Source: Octopus sinensis (taxonomy: Eukaryota). From it: a DNA stretch of 64,000 nucleotides. The notes beneath the pieces were generated by a model that was not told where the DNA came from, made no database searches, and worked only from the letters and a program-made list of their open reading frames with translations. The translations under genes were made by a program, and so were the position numbers. Below, piece by piece: positions 52,536 to 64,000 of the stretch. The stretch lies in the NCBI RefSeq assembly GCF_006345805.1, contig NC_043005.1, positions 9,734,001 to 9,798,000 on the forward strand, given 5' to 3'. Numbering within the stretch: position 1 is the stretch's first letter; each line of letters opens with the position of its first letter.

Positions 52536-53340
52536 CATCTTTATTATATTGTTTTGGCCGCATTATTTAATTGTGGAATTTATTGAGTTTTTAAATTTTG
52601 GAATCTTTTTTTTTCTTCGAGAATTCTAGTTTTGAATCATTTTGGAATTTTTTTTTTCTAGTTAATTTTAGTTAATTTTTGTTTATTTTCAGATTATTAA
52701 AATGGATCGACACCTCCTTTTTATAAATTTAATCTACGAATACATCACAAAAATTCTCACGAAACAGATGTAAATTATTGTACTATATTTATACTTATGC
52801 CACACCTGGAACGAACCACAGCGACGGATCTTCAGATTCAATTGAATTTGATAATTACATATCTACCGTTTCTTACAAAGGAAGACATGGCGCCTTCACT
52901 TTTGTTTCCTTCATTCTAAACTCTATCGTAGTATACCCAGCCATTTATGGGACCCTACGTTTTAGTGTGCATAAATTATATTGTATTTATTACTAATTCA
53001 TGTGTGTGTGTATGAGAGAGTGTAAATATATATTTGGAAATATGTATCCACGTGGATTCGCATGTGCGTGAGAAAAATGGATGAAGAAACAATTTGAAAA
53101 AAAGACTGATAGGACAGAAAGAATGGTAAACAAACCAAAGATGTCGAGCTGGAAGCTAGACATCACATGACAGGAATACTCGAGTGAATGCAAAAGAAGC
53201 AAAGTCGATATGCACACACATTTTGTATGGAGATATACATACAGTGGAGATATACATACAGAAGTAAATTTCGACGCAGAGACTCACTTATCTGTGTATA
53301 AAATGCAATATATATATATCTATATATATATATATATATA

Positions 53341-53384
<44 letters not shown>

Positions 53385-53386
53385 CA

Positions 53387-53417
<31 letters not shown>

Positions 53418-53616
53418 GCGTTTATGCATACATGCCGACAAATATATCCATAAGCGCACACACCTACCTACCTACCTACCTACCTACCAACCTACCTACA
53501 TACACACATACATACATTCCCATGTATCTAGCTAGGTATCGATCTATATATATATATATACACACACACATATATATATGTATATATGTGTGTATGTATG
53601 TATATATGTATGTATG

Positions 53617-53648
<32 letters not shown>

Positions 53649-53682
53649 TATATATATATATATATATTTATTATATAGAAGG

Positions 53683-53733
53683 AGCTTCTACAGGACTAGA
53701 ACTGTTTCATTCAAGAGAAATCATCAGGAAGCT
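53683..53733 (-). ncRNA. Type I hammerhead motif (left arm, mirror copy)
   Basis: Same sequence on the minus strand by palindromic symmetry. Confidence 0.78.
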
Positions 53734-53780
53734 TCCTGATGATTTCTCTTGAATGAAACAGTTCTAGTCCTGTAGAAGCT
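53730..53780 (+). ncRNA. Type I hammerhead motif (right arm)
   Basis: AGCUUC-CUGAUGA-UUUC UCUU GAAU-GAAACAG-UUCUAGUC-CUGU-A-GAAGCU. Confidence 0.78.
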
Positions 53781-54214
53781 CCTTCTATATAATAAATTAA
53801 TTTTACTCTGCTATGTATTGAGTACCTTATTTACTGTGGTTAACCCCGAATCAACCCGGGACCTACATATATATATTATATATATACTTTATTTAAAGCA
53901 TATTACTCTACCACTGGTATTTGAGTACTCTTTCTTCCACCTTGTTTCACGTTTATGTGTTTACTCCGGTATATATATATATAATATATATATAATATAT
54001 ATATACATATATATATATATATAACACTATGTACACATAAGCACTCACATATATACATATCCACATACGCGTGCATATATATGCATACGCAAACGTGCCT
54101 ATATATATATATATATAATTATAATTGCTATATCAGAGGTAAAAATCAAAACCAAGGTAGGTGTATAGAACACACACATAAACATACGTATAGAAAAACA
54201 AACAACACTACACA

Positions 54215-54239
54215 TAGGTAGATAGATAGATAGAGATAG

Positions 54240-54297
<58 letters not shown>

Positions 54298-54299
54298 AG

Positions 54300-54338
<39 letters not shown>

Positions 54339-54339
54339 G

Positions 54340-54382
<43 letters not shown>

Positions 54383-54388
54383 GAGATG

Positions 54389-54454
<66 letters not shown>

Positions 54455-54470
54455 GATAGAGATAGATAAG
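54215..54470. repeat. (GATA)n microsatellite
   Basis: Direct reading; resumes at 54750-54800. Confidence 0.96.
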
Positions 54471-54750
54471 TTTCTTTATTGGTCACACAGGGCTGCACAC
54501 AGATGGGACAAGTTACAAGGTAGAGCTTTTCTTTTGGGGGATGAAAAAAAGGGGGTGGCGTAGGTTTTCGATCAAGAGGGATCGTAAAAGGGAAGAAAAG
54601 AACAAAAAAAAGAAAAAAAGAAAAAGAACAAAAATAGAATAAAAAATAAAAGGAATAAAAGAAAAGAAAAAGAAAGGGAAAGGAACAAAAGAAAAGAGAA
54701 ATGAAAAAAGAAGAAAAAGGGGAAAAAAAGGGGAAGAGTAGAAAAAAAAA
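54470..54750 (-). mobile_element. Probable 3' UTR of a non-LTR retroelement inserted in (GATA)n
   Basis: Minus strand ends GTGTGACCAATAAAGAAAC and runs directly into (ATCT)n; GATA tract on both sides. Confidence 0.5.
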
Positions 54751-55508
54751 GATAGATAGATAGATAGATAGATAGACAGACAGAAAGACAGACAGACAGA
54801 CAGACAGACTAACAGAAATGCACATAATCTTTTATTTATTTGTCCCTTTTCAGGCGTAACTGCATTCCTCCCCAACAAACGTGCGTGCCTTCCCATCCAT
54901 GTGTTTTCATCTGCATATTATCTTGCATGCATCTTGTGTGTACGTACGTTTGATTTTCATATCGCTGACACTTTTAGGCTCCTGTTTTTTTGTCAGAAAT
55001 TCACCTTTCCTAACTTGCCCTCCTATAAAACGCTTTCTATATCCATCCCTCACTCACATCCACCCACCGGCTTAACATCTATCTCTCACCCTCATCCACC
55101 TGCCAAATTCACGTCTGCTTAGACTTTCCAACTAGCAGCACCAAATAACTCGCTCCATTTCTCCACACACCATTTAACTTGCTGGCACTAACACGAGTCA
55201 ATAACCATTCCAACATCACCAACACTGTTAGCTCCGAAATATCCTTGACCCTCTTTCATATTTAACACTGTGCTTTAGCCCTTCTTCACCACTTTTCTAT
55301 ATCCGTCTCTTCTGTACCCATATATCTATTTTTCTATTTGTTTGCCACGTCATTTCATTCGGTCCTCGACGAGCCTCGGGACAAAAGCAAATATATTTTG
55401 TCGAACTCATGGTTTAGTTTTTATTTTGATGACTATATTCAAAATGGCTTGATCATATTTCCTTGACCCTGTCACATTCATAGTTCTGTATATGTATACG
55501 TACATACG

Positions 55509-55820
55509 TGGAGGCGCAATGGCCCAGTGGTTAGGGCAGCGGACTCGCGGTCGTAGGATCGCGGTTTCGATTCCCAGACCGGGTGTTGTGTGTGTTTCTT
55601 GAGCGAAAACACCTAAAAGCTCCACGAGGCTCCGGCAGGGGATGGTGGTGATCCCTGCTGTACTCCTTCACCACTCTTTCTCTCACTCTTTCTTCTGTTG
55701 GCCTGCTCGCTTAGCCAGCGGGGTGGCGTCAATCGAAGGCTAAAACAATGCGAACGCATTGTGACCAGCGATGTGTAGCAACATCTGATGGTCTGGTCGG
55801 TCACGTGATCACGTGATATG
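55509..55820 (+). mobile_element. SINE family D (family C head, different tail)
   Basis: First 180 bp or so match family C; tail 55699-55820 is also found at 45864-45980. Confidence 0.88.
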
Positions 55821-56161
55821 TACATAAACACACACAGATATATATATGTATGTATGCTTGTATCTATGTTTTTGTCAACAGAAATACTGTCAAGAGCAAA
55901 GGCATGTGTTTCAACATTATATACGAATACAGACAGACAACTAAAATTCTTGATTTATTCAAATTCTCTCCGCGTCCAGAGGATGTATCACTATTAGCAA
56001 ACGGCACCTAAGACCAGGTCCATTCGTTAAGGGGAGATAATTTCAAGAATCAAAAATTCTCAAAGAAAATGACAGGCTTATTGGCAGTTATTGGGACGGT
56101 TTTCTGTCTCACTAGTCTACATCACAAGTTCCAACAGACTTACCCTTGATATCCAAGGGAT

Positions 56162-56164
<3 letters not shown>

Positions 56165-56199
<35 letters not shown>

Positions 56200-56387
56200 C
56201 GTGTATATGTGTATTTGCATGCGTCTGTGTGTGTGTATGTGTGTGTGTGTGTGTGCGTGTATATGTATATTTGCATGCGTCTGTGTGTGTATGTGTGTGT
56301 GTGTGTGTGCGTGTATATGTATATTTGCATGCGTCTGTGTGTGTATGTGTCTGTGCGTGTATATGTATATTTGCATGCGTCTGTGTG

Positions 56388-56423
<36 letters not shown>

Positions 56424-56690
56424 ATATGTATATTTGCATGCGTCTGTGTGTGTATGTGTGTGTGTGTGTGTGCGTGTATATGTATATTTGCATGCGTCTG
56501 TGTGTGTATGTGTGTGTGCGTGTATATGTATATTTGCATGTGTCTGTGTGTGTATGTGTGTGTGTGTGTGTGCGTGTATATGTATATTTGCATGCGTCTG
56601 TGTGTGTATGTGTGTGTGTATGTGTGTGTGTGTGTGCGTGTATATGTATATTTGCATGCGTCTGTGTGTGTATGTGTGCGTGTGTGTGTG
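56165..56690. repeat. Minisatellite: 9 units of GCGTGTATATGTATATTTGCATGCGTCT + (GT)n
   Basis: Nine TTTGCATG anchors spaced 46-64 bp. Confidence 0.92.
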
Positions 56691-56799
56691 TGAGAGAGTG
56701 TAACTTCATATTTTATTCTTTATTGAAAAACGTGTTTGACGATACAAGGAAAACAGAAATGAAATACAGAAAGAAAAAGGAAAGTAGATGTGATTGATA

Positions 56800-57040
56800 A
56801 TTGTTATTTACATTTTGAGGGATATTTCTCCTCATAGTGTTTGTTTTGGCTGATATACCCGCCAGCCTTCATCAGGTGTCTTAGGGAAATTTCGAACCTA
56901 GGTTCTCATTCCTAAGATATTTTTCAATCTCACTATTATTATTATTATCATCATTATCATTATTATTATTCAGGTCACTGCCTGGAATCGAACTCGGAAT
57001 CATAGGGTGAGTAGCTCGCGCTCTTAACCACTACGCCATA
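56800..57040 (-). mobile_element. tRNA-headed SINE family E with a degenerate hammerhead in its tail
   Basis: TGGCGTAGTGG (A box) and GAGTTCGATTCC (B box), (AAT)n linker, then GACAC-CTGATGA-A-GGCTG(10 nt)CAGCC-AAAAC. Confidence 0.72.
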
Positions 57041-58179
57041 TAAATAATGTACATAATTCCTCATCTCTTAAATTTAGAACTGTATTCTTGTCATTGTTGT
57101 ACTTGATTAACCGAAAGTCATATTTGATTGAGAAAACCTCATCAAAATTGTTTTATGCAGTGAAAACCTATCCAATTTTTTTTCGCAGAGACAATGTGTA
57201 ACCGGGATCAATTTATGTAATGCATGTCTCTGCTGTTGAGACCTTAAAGTGTCGTTTGAGGAAGATGCCGATTCTATTTCTAGGAGGTCGATTTGAATCA
57301 TGATGGTAAGTCTAAGAAGAAAGGAAGCCGAAAATTGGAAAGGAAGATTTTCAACATGAGGAAATCATGTTTGTAAATCTAAGATAACTAATTAAGGCTA
57401 TAAAAGTTTAAACAATGATTGATGACAGAATATCTGAGATAAATTTTCCTGATATTTTTTTCTCTCCTCTAAATATTTGTTAAATTTGAACTATGGAGAA
57501 GTATCAACAGCTCTTAAAGAACCACAAAACATAATAATCGATAATAATAATTTTGTATGTTGTCACAAAGCCAAGTGAGAATATGGATGACTGAATCAAT
57601 TGTTTTTACAAATTTACTTCATGGCCCCGGAAGAATACAAAGGCATGAGTTGAACTCGGTATTTAGAAATATGTAGTGAGTTATGTCAAAGTGTTTAAAG
57701 CAACGCTCTATAATCTGCCAATTCAGACTCTTTCCTAATAATGAAATCTTGACTCGTCACAAGGTCAATATTTTGCGACGAAAGGACAGTCGCTTTAATA
57801 CATCACATTATCTCATTATCATTACTGATAATTAATTCATCGACCTTGGAATGATAAAACATGAAACGTCAACAACTGTAAGATTGGAGGACAAAAATTC
57901 CCACACACATAAATAATATCTAAGTTACTTGTTAAAGGTTATTGATTCTGTCAATATCAAAACATAACAACAACAACAACAACAAGAGGCGGAGAACACC
58001 AGCCTTGACAGCGGTTGGACTTTTTCTTCGCTGCTCTGACCAGTTGGCAGCTGAAGACACAGCAACACTAATATTACCCAGCAAGACAACTGAAAAATAA
58101 CTCTCAAAGACTGTAATATCTTCAATTTCTTGTGCGTATTTTAAATTTACCTCAAAATAAGTTAAGAAACTTACATATC

Positions 58180-58565
58180 TATAGTTTTCGATCGCACAAA
58201 TGATCAGCTTTAAAAACTTTAATATCTACAACTTCTGTGAATACCTATCCTTTCTTTTCTCTGTGAGTATTCGAAAATGTAACTATCCTTTTTATTCTAA
58301 GAACACTACAGTTTTCTCTGTTCGGATATACAAAAGATCATCTTTAGTAAATTTTGAAAACTTAATGTCTATAATATTCTGAGAAAATGTTACCCTCCTT
58401 TTCTTTCCTTTCCTTTCTCCCCGAGTATTCGAAAATGTAAACATGTTTTTTTATTGCAAAAACATTATAGTCATCTCTGATCGGACATACAAAAGTTTAT
58501 CTCTAGAAAATTTAAAAACTTTAATATCTACAATTTTGTGTAAAAATTCTACCTTTCTTTTCTCA
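58180..58565. repeat. Degenerate tandem repeat, period about 158 bp, about 2.5 units
   Basis: GAGTATTCGAAAATGTAA at 58265 and 58423; TCGGA(T/C)ATACAAAAG at 58322 and 58481. Confidence 0.75.
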
Positions 58566-59378
58566 ATGCCTACCCGACTATGTAAACATAACTTATATTG
58601 CAACAACACAATTAAATGCATGATAAAAAAAAAATTGGGGGTTTAGTACCTCCACAATTACAAAAACTGTAAACCACAGTAAAACTTATAAAAAGAAAAG
58701 AGAAATTTGGAAAACAAACAAAAATTCAGAAATTAAAAAGTCCATGGATGTGAACATCAGTATTATATAATTATTTTTTCTATCAGTAATTAAAAATAGA
58801 GCAAGGTGAATGGGTTCTTTTCAAGGCGAAGTTCAGAGCTCTCATGGTCGCTAGTAGTAGTAAACACATTTGTTCTCTGCTGACCCCAAGGGTGTGAGGC
58901 CTCTTTTGTCCCATTACCGCACAGGAATGCCCATTACTAATCTCCTCACCATCTGCACAATCTATTTACAGATACCTGTGGATTTTGGCTTATCAACCCA
59001 GCTGCTTCTTTTCCTCCTGCTGTTCCCTTCAAACCTCACATATTTATGATTATCTCAACTACATGACAAAAGTTGAAACTAAACAACATTTAATAATACC
59101 ACACAGCAGTAGTAGCAAAGGTGGCAGATTAAAATAAATCATGGTTATGCTCTCACCATGGCTACAAAGGTTAGTCGCAACTATGCAGATCAAGGCACTA
59201 TTGGTGGTAACTAACAATGCACAATGTTGCAATAGCAAGGTTGAAGTAACTGTAACGGTACTTATGGCGGGGTCGACGATACTGGCAGAGACAACAACCG
59301 TCTCTACATCTTCCACAATACAGGGCTCAATAATGATAATTTTAATGTAGCACAAATATACATAACGTTAATCTGGAA

Positions 59379-62300
59379 ATGCGTCCCCCAGGAGAGAGCC
59401 AGCCTCGGGTCGAAAAGTCATCCACTGGCACAAACCCTCCTGTGAATACGAACCTGGATAGTCACTTGAATAATAACTATTCCAACTCAACCCGCTCCAA
59501 TTCCACAACCACACCGACCATAGAAAGAAAAATGTAAGAGGATCAAATTGACCCGAGAAGAGAATACAGAAGTAATATACGCCTCTTACTATGCATTAGG
59601 CCGGCAATCTGAAGAGAAACACACAGCACACTCTTGTTAAATATGGAGAACACGAAATCAATACAGCAGACTATATTTGGACGAAAACAAGTTAGCAAAT
59701 ACTGAGAGGGATATCCTCAGAAATAAAAGACTCACAGATAGTGAAATAACTGCGATCAAGCATGCAGCAGAAAATGACCTAAGTATAAGACAAAAAGGAA
59801 ATGATGAACCAGTCGAAGAGAGCAACTCTCCACGAGCCTCAATTGAATGACTGCAATCTGACCAGAACATGCGAAGGTCTGGACTACCATCTGACCAGAA
59901 CATGCGAAGATCTGGACTACCATCTGACCAGAACATGCGGAGATCTGGACTACCATCTGACCAGAACATGCGAAGGTCTGGACTACCATCTGACCAGAAC
60001 ATGCGAAGGTCTGGACTACCATCTGACCAGAACATGCGAAGGTCTGGACTACCATCTGACCAGAACATGCGAAGATCTGGACTACCATCTGACCAGAACA
60101 TGCGAAGATCTGGACTACCATCTGACCAGAACATGCGAAGATCTGGACTACCATCTGACCAGAACATGCGAAGGTCTGGACTACCATCTGACCAGAACAT
60201 GCGAAGGTCTGGACTACCATCTGACCAGAACATGCGAAGGTCTGGACTACCATCTGACCAGAACATGCGAAGGTCTGGACTACCATCTGACCAGAACATG
60301 CGAAGATCTGGACTACCATCTGACCAGAACATGCGAAGATCTGGACTACCATCTGACCAGAACATGCGAAGATCTGGACTACCATCTGACCAGAACATGC
60401 GAAGGTCTGAACTACCATCTGACCAGAACATGCGAAGGTCTGGACTACCATCTGACCAGAACATGCGAAGGTCTGGACTACCATCTGACCAGAACATGCG
60501 AAAGTCTGGACTACCATCTGACCAGAACATGCGAAGGTCTGGACTACCATCTGACTAGAACATGCGAAGGTCTGGAGAAATAAATTGTAATGAACCTGAT
60601 AAAGATAGCGAGGAAAGTGGTAAAGAAACAACATTTGAAGACTAAACATTTACTGAAGAACTCAGAGAGTCTATGATAGAACTGAAGCAGAAAATCCTGA
60701 ATACGCATGATAGAGAACCACTTCATAAGCTCTCAAATACAATCCAAAAAAGAAAACAAATTAAAGTTGAAAACTATGTAACAAAGGAAATTATACAAGA
60801 ATTAAACCAGATTTCACTGAATTAAATGAAATTATTTACGCAGTGGCTAAGACAATTGAAACTAGTTGTATGCCTCTGAAAAAAACAAAGAAATACAAAC
60901 CTGAGAAGAATTCCAAACTGGAAAAGTAAAATTGGAAAAAGGGATTGAAATAATGAGAGGTGAAATATCAATATTAAATGAACTAATCTGTGGAAACAAT
61001 GTAAAAAACAGATAAGGAAGAAAGATGAAGAGAACTGCTTTCAGCAAAAGAAGCACTGCCACAAAAAGTTCAAGCAAAATCTCAAAGAATACGAAGATTT
61101 GAGAAGAGAAACAAATTTGCAAACATAATAAGCTGTTCACATCAAATGCGAAAACATTCTACAGAGAAATAGGATAGGAGAAAATAACTGTTGAAGACCT
61201 CCCCTCCACTGCCATGTAAAAAGTTGAAAACTTCTGGAAAAGTATCAGGAGTAATGAAAAGACTTACAATGAAAATGCAAATTGGATTAGACACACAAAA
61301 GTATCCTATGAAAACTTACCAGACGAAGCATGGGAAGACATAACAATAGCAGACATAAGGATGACACTCACGAAGGCTCATAAGTGGAAATCTCCTGGTA
61401 ATTATGGGGTGCCAAATTACCGGCTCGACTTCCTTCCGTTCACACATAAAAAAGTTAGTCCACTTATGCATTGAAATTATGAGAGATTCTACGAAAATTC
61501 CCGACTAGCTAGCAAGAGGTATTACTTACCTATTTCCGAAGAATAATGAAACCGAATTTCCCCCCAAAACTATCGGCCCATAACGTGTCTATCTATCACG
61601 TATAAAATGTTAACATCCATCTTCTTGGAGAAAACATACAAATTTATGGAACAGAAGAATATTTTCTCCACTGAATAAAAAGGGTACCGACGAGGCGTAT
61701 ATGGATGAAAAGATCAACTCTTAATCAATCTCATGATCCTTGAGAACTGTCATGACAAACGCAGAAATCTCAGTTCTGCATGGATTGATTATAAAATGTC
61801 TCCGACAGCATACTGCAATCATGGATCTTGAAATCGCTGGATATCTTCAAAATTTCACCTGTGATTTCAAATTTCAAATGTCAACGTGGAATACGAATCT
61901 CCAGTTATACCATTCAATCGGAGTACTGACCACAAATGATATCACTATCAACTGCGGCATTTTCCAAGGTGACTCACTTTCACCTTTAATTTTCTGCATA
62001 GCCCTAATACCCTTTATAAGTAAACTCAACAGAACACGGTATGGATATAAAAATTTATATGGATGACTTAAAACTCTATGGCAAAGACGACAATGAGTTT
62101 GAAGGACCACTACGTACTGTGAAAGCATTCAGTAATGACATTGAGATGGAATTTGGTCCTGACAAATGTGCCAAGGTCACTTACCAGAAAGGGAAACTGA
62201 AGATCTCACATTCAGCAGTGTTGGATGTTGACTCAGTCAGGAAAGAACTCGAGCAGGAACCACTTACAAATACTTCGGAATACATGAGGGCGCGGGCATT
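59379..62300 (+). mobile_element. R4/Dong-clade LINE, degenerate, 3' end missing
   Basis: KRIKLTREENTEVIYASYYAL, LDENKLAN, WKSPG, NYRPITCLS, AWIDYK, GIFQGDSLSPLIFC, YMDDLKLY, MEFGPDKCA; no restriction-like endonuclease domain retained. Confidence 0.85.
59857..60576 (+). repeat. 33-bp tandem array, 22 copies, inside the R4 ORF
   Basis: Unit TCTGACCAGAACATGCGAAG(G/A)TCTGGACTACCA; first ATG at 59869, last at 60562 (21 x 33). Confidence 0.97.
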
Positions 62301-62301
62301 C

Positions 62302-62547
62302 AACACACCAACATCGGTTGTCAAGTGACGGTGCGGCTACAAACACAAACACACATACACAAATATATATATATATACAACGAGCTTCTTTTAGTTTCCG
62401 TCTGCCAAATCCACACAGAAAGCTTTGGTCTGCCCGAGGGTATAGTAGAAGACACTTGGCCAAGGTGCCACGCAGTGGGACTGAACCTGGAAGCGTGTGG
62501 TTGGTAAGCAACCTTCTTATCTCTTACCACACAGCCACTCCTGCGCC
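62302..62547 (-). mobile_element. SINE family A, 5' half only
   Basis: ACACCAACATCGGTTGTCAAG to CACAGCCACTCCTGCGCC. Confidence 0.88.
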
Positions 62548-62605
62548 GGTGCGTATGTGTGAATATATATATATATATGTATATAAAAATATATGACATC
62601 CCCAA

Positions 62606-62679
<74 letters not shown>

Positions 62680-63564
62680 ATGTATAGGTATATATATGTG
62701 TATACACACGTATACATAGGCATGCATACACTTACAGAAGCAGACATACATATATTTATATATGGATATAATATGTGTGTGTCTGTCAGTGCGTGCACAC
62801 ACGCATAAATAGTTGCTCTCCTATATACAATACGTGTGAGAGAATTTTTGTCATTTGCACAGAGGAAAGTATTATATTGCATGAGAGAAGAAAGATATTG
62901 GAATGAGTAGAATGTGAGAAATGTATCAGTTGCTTACGTGTCCTACAGCGATTAGTCAGTAGCATGTGCAAATATATATATGTATGTTATGGCTGTAGCC
63001 ACCACGTCTATCTTTCTCTCACCTCATATCTGTCAATCTTCATCAGCTAAGTGCTACTCAGCTCGTGATATTTCTCCTCTCGGCTATGATTTTAACTAAT
63101 CTTTACTGTTTAGCTTCTCTTGCTTACATATTTACAGCCACAATAATTCAAACAAAAGTCTCGATGGCTACATCTGTAGCAACGGCAGCGCTTAACGACA
63201 ACAACAGCAGCAAACATAAAAACGACCGCAGCAACAAATATATATAAAAGCCAACGAAGAAGTAACGATACTGTCGATGAACATACTTGAGTGACCAGCT
63301 AAATATTCCTCAAAGAATATTGTTCTTTAAAATAATGTCACATCAGTTAATATAGTCAGAAGGACTCTTAATGGGATGGAATGAACCTGTTTGGAACTGC
63401 TTTAATTATAGTTACATTAAATGCATCAACGAAATTTTAGTTTTAATGTCTATGAACGAGCAACAGTGACTGTGATGCTGCTACATGCTAAAATGGTCCT
63501 CCAAATGCTTGCTGTAATGTGAACTCTGCTAAACCTACCCAAAGACCAGACGGTGGTGTAGATA

Positions 63565-63797
63565 GGCGGCGAGCTGGCAGAATCGTTAGCACGCCGGGCG
63601 AAATGCGTAGCCGTATTTCGTCTGCCGCTACGTTCTGAGTTCAAATTCCGCCGAGGTCGACTTTGCCTTTCATCCTTTCGGGGTCGATTAAATAAGTACC
63701 AGTTACGCACTGGGGTCGATATAATCGACTTAATCCGTTTGTCTGTCCTTGTTTGTCCGTTCTGTGTTTAGCCCCTTGTGGGTAGTAAACAAATAGG
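63565..63797 (+). mobile_element. SINE family B monomer, full length, probable TSD
   Basis: GGCGGCGAGCTGGCAGAATCGTTAG head, GAGTTCAAATTCC B box; GGTGGTGTAGAT before and GGTGGTATAGAT after. Confidence 0.93.
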
Positions 63798-64000
63798 TGG
63801 TATAGATTCAGCCTACCACCGAAATAGGTCACGGTGGGGTTGGAACATGGAATGTAAATAATCGTAATAAATGCTGAAAGGCATCTGGTTCGACGTTTCT
63901 ACGTCCTTGCCAGTCCAGCGCTCTTGGCAGGTTAATATTTTATGGAATTCGAAGGGATGGTAAGTTTACCTTGACGAGGTTTGAGTATGGGTAGGTTGAT

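Larger units (their letters stand above)
53666..53797. repeat. Perfect 132-bp palindrome (66-bp arms, no spacer)
   Basis: Centre AAG|CTT at 53731/53732; arms checked base by base. Confidence 0.97.

Noticed and set aside
55355-55410. CTCGACGAG...GACAAAA/TTTTGTC-GAAC as a hammerhead
   Set aside because: Both core halves are imperfect and spacing is wrong
56165-56690. Repeat-spacer pattern as CRISPR-like
   Set aside because: Spacers are only variable (GT)n
56970-57040. SINE heads as genuine tRNA genes (also 18650-18718 and 55509-55575)
   Set aside because: A and B boxes are present but no complete cloverleaf acceptor stem; each continues into repeat body sequence
59857-60576. 33-bp array as a CRISPR
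   Set aside because: Units are head-to-tail with no unique spacers, there are no cas genes, and the context is eukaryotic

Overview
Eukaryotic, AT-rich window dominated by microsatellites and transposons. The mix of tRNA-derived SINEs, (TA)n/(CA)n/(GATA)n tracts and Penelope, R4/Dong, CR1, RTE and mariner elements fits a coleoid cephalopod (Octopus-like) genome; that assignment is my inference. I recognised no host protein-coding exon, and almost all short ORFs in the track are translations of microsatellites or SINEs. Recognisable coding remnants: a near full-length Penelope-like element (RT + GIY-YIG, minus strand, 12.7-18.1 kb, bounded by pseudo-LTRs), a 5'-truncated CR1-like LINE (41.1-43.6 kb), an R4/Dong LINE (59.4-62.3 kb) with 22 copies of a 33-bp unit in frame with its ORF, three mariner copies, a DD37D/maT-like relic and smaller LINE and integrase fragments. 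The most notable signal is absent from the ORF track: eight hammerhead-ribozyme (HHR) motifs at seven loci in about six sequence contexts, found by eye. They include a canonical type I HHR at 43.9 kb, a perfect 132-bp palindrome encoding an HHR on both strands (53.7 kb), HHRs in both Penelope pseudo-LTRs, and a degenerate HHR in the tail of a tRNA-headed SINE. SINE family labels A-E are my own; most SINE and fragment boundaries are approximate (about 10-20 bp).
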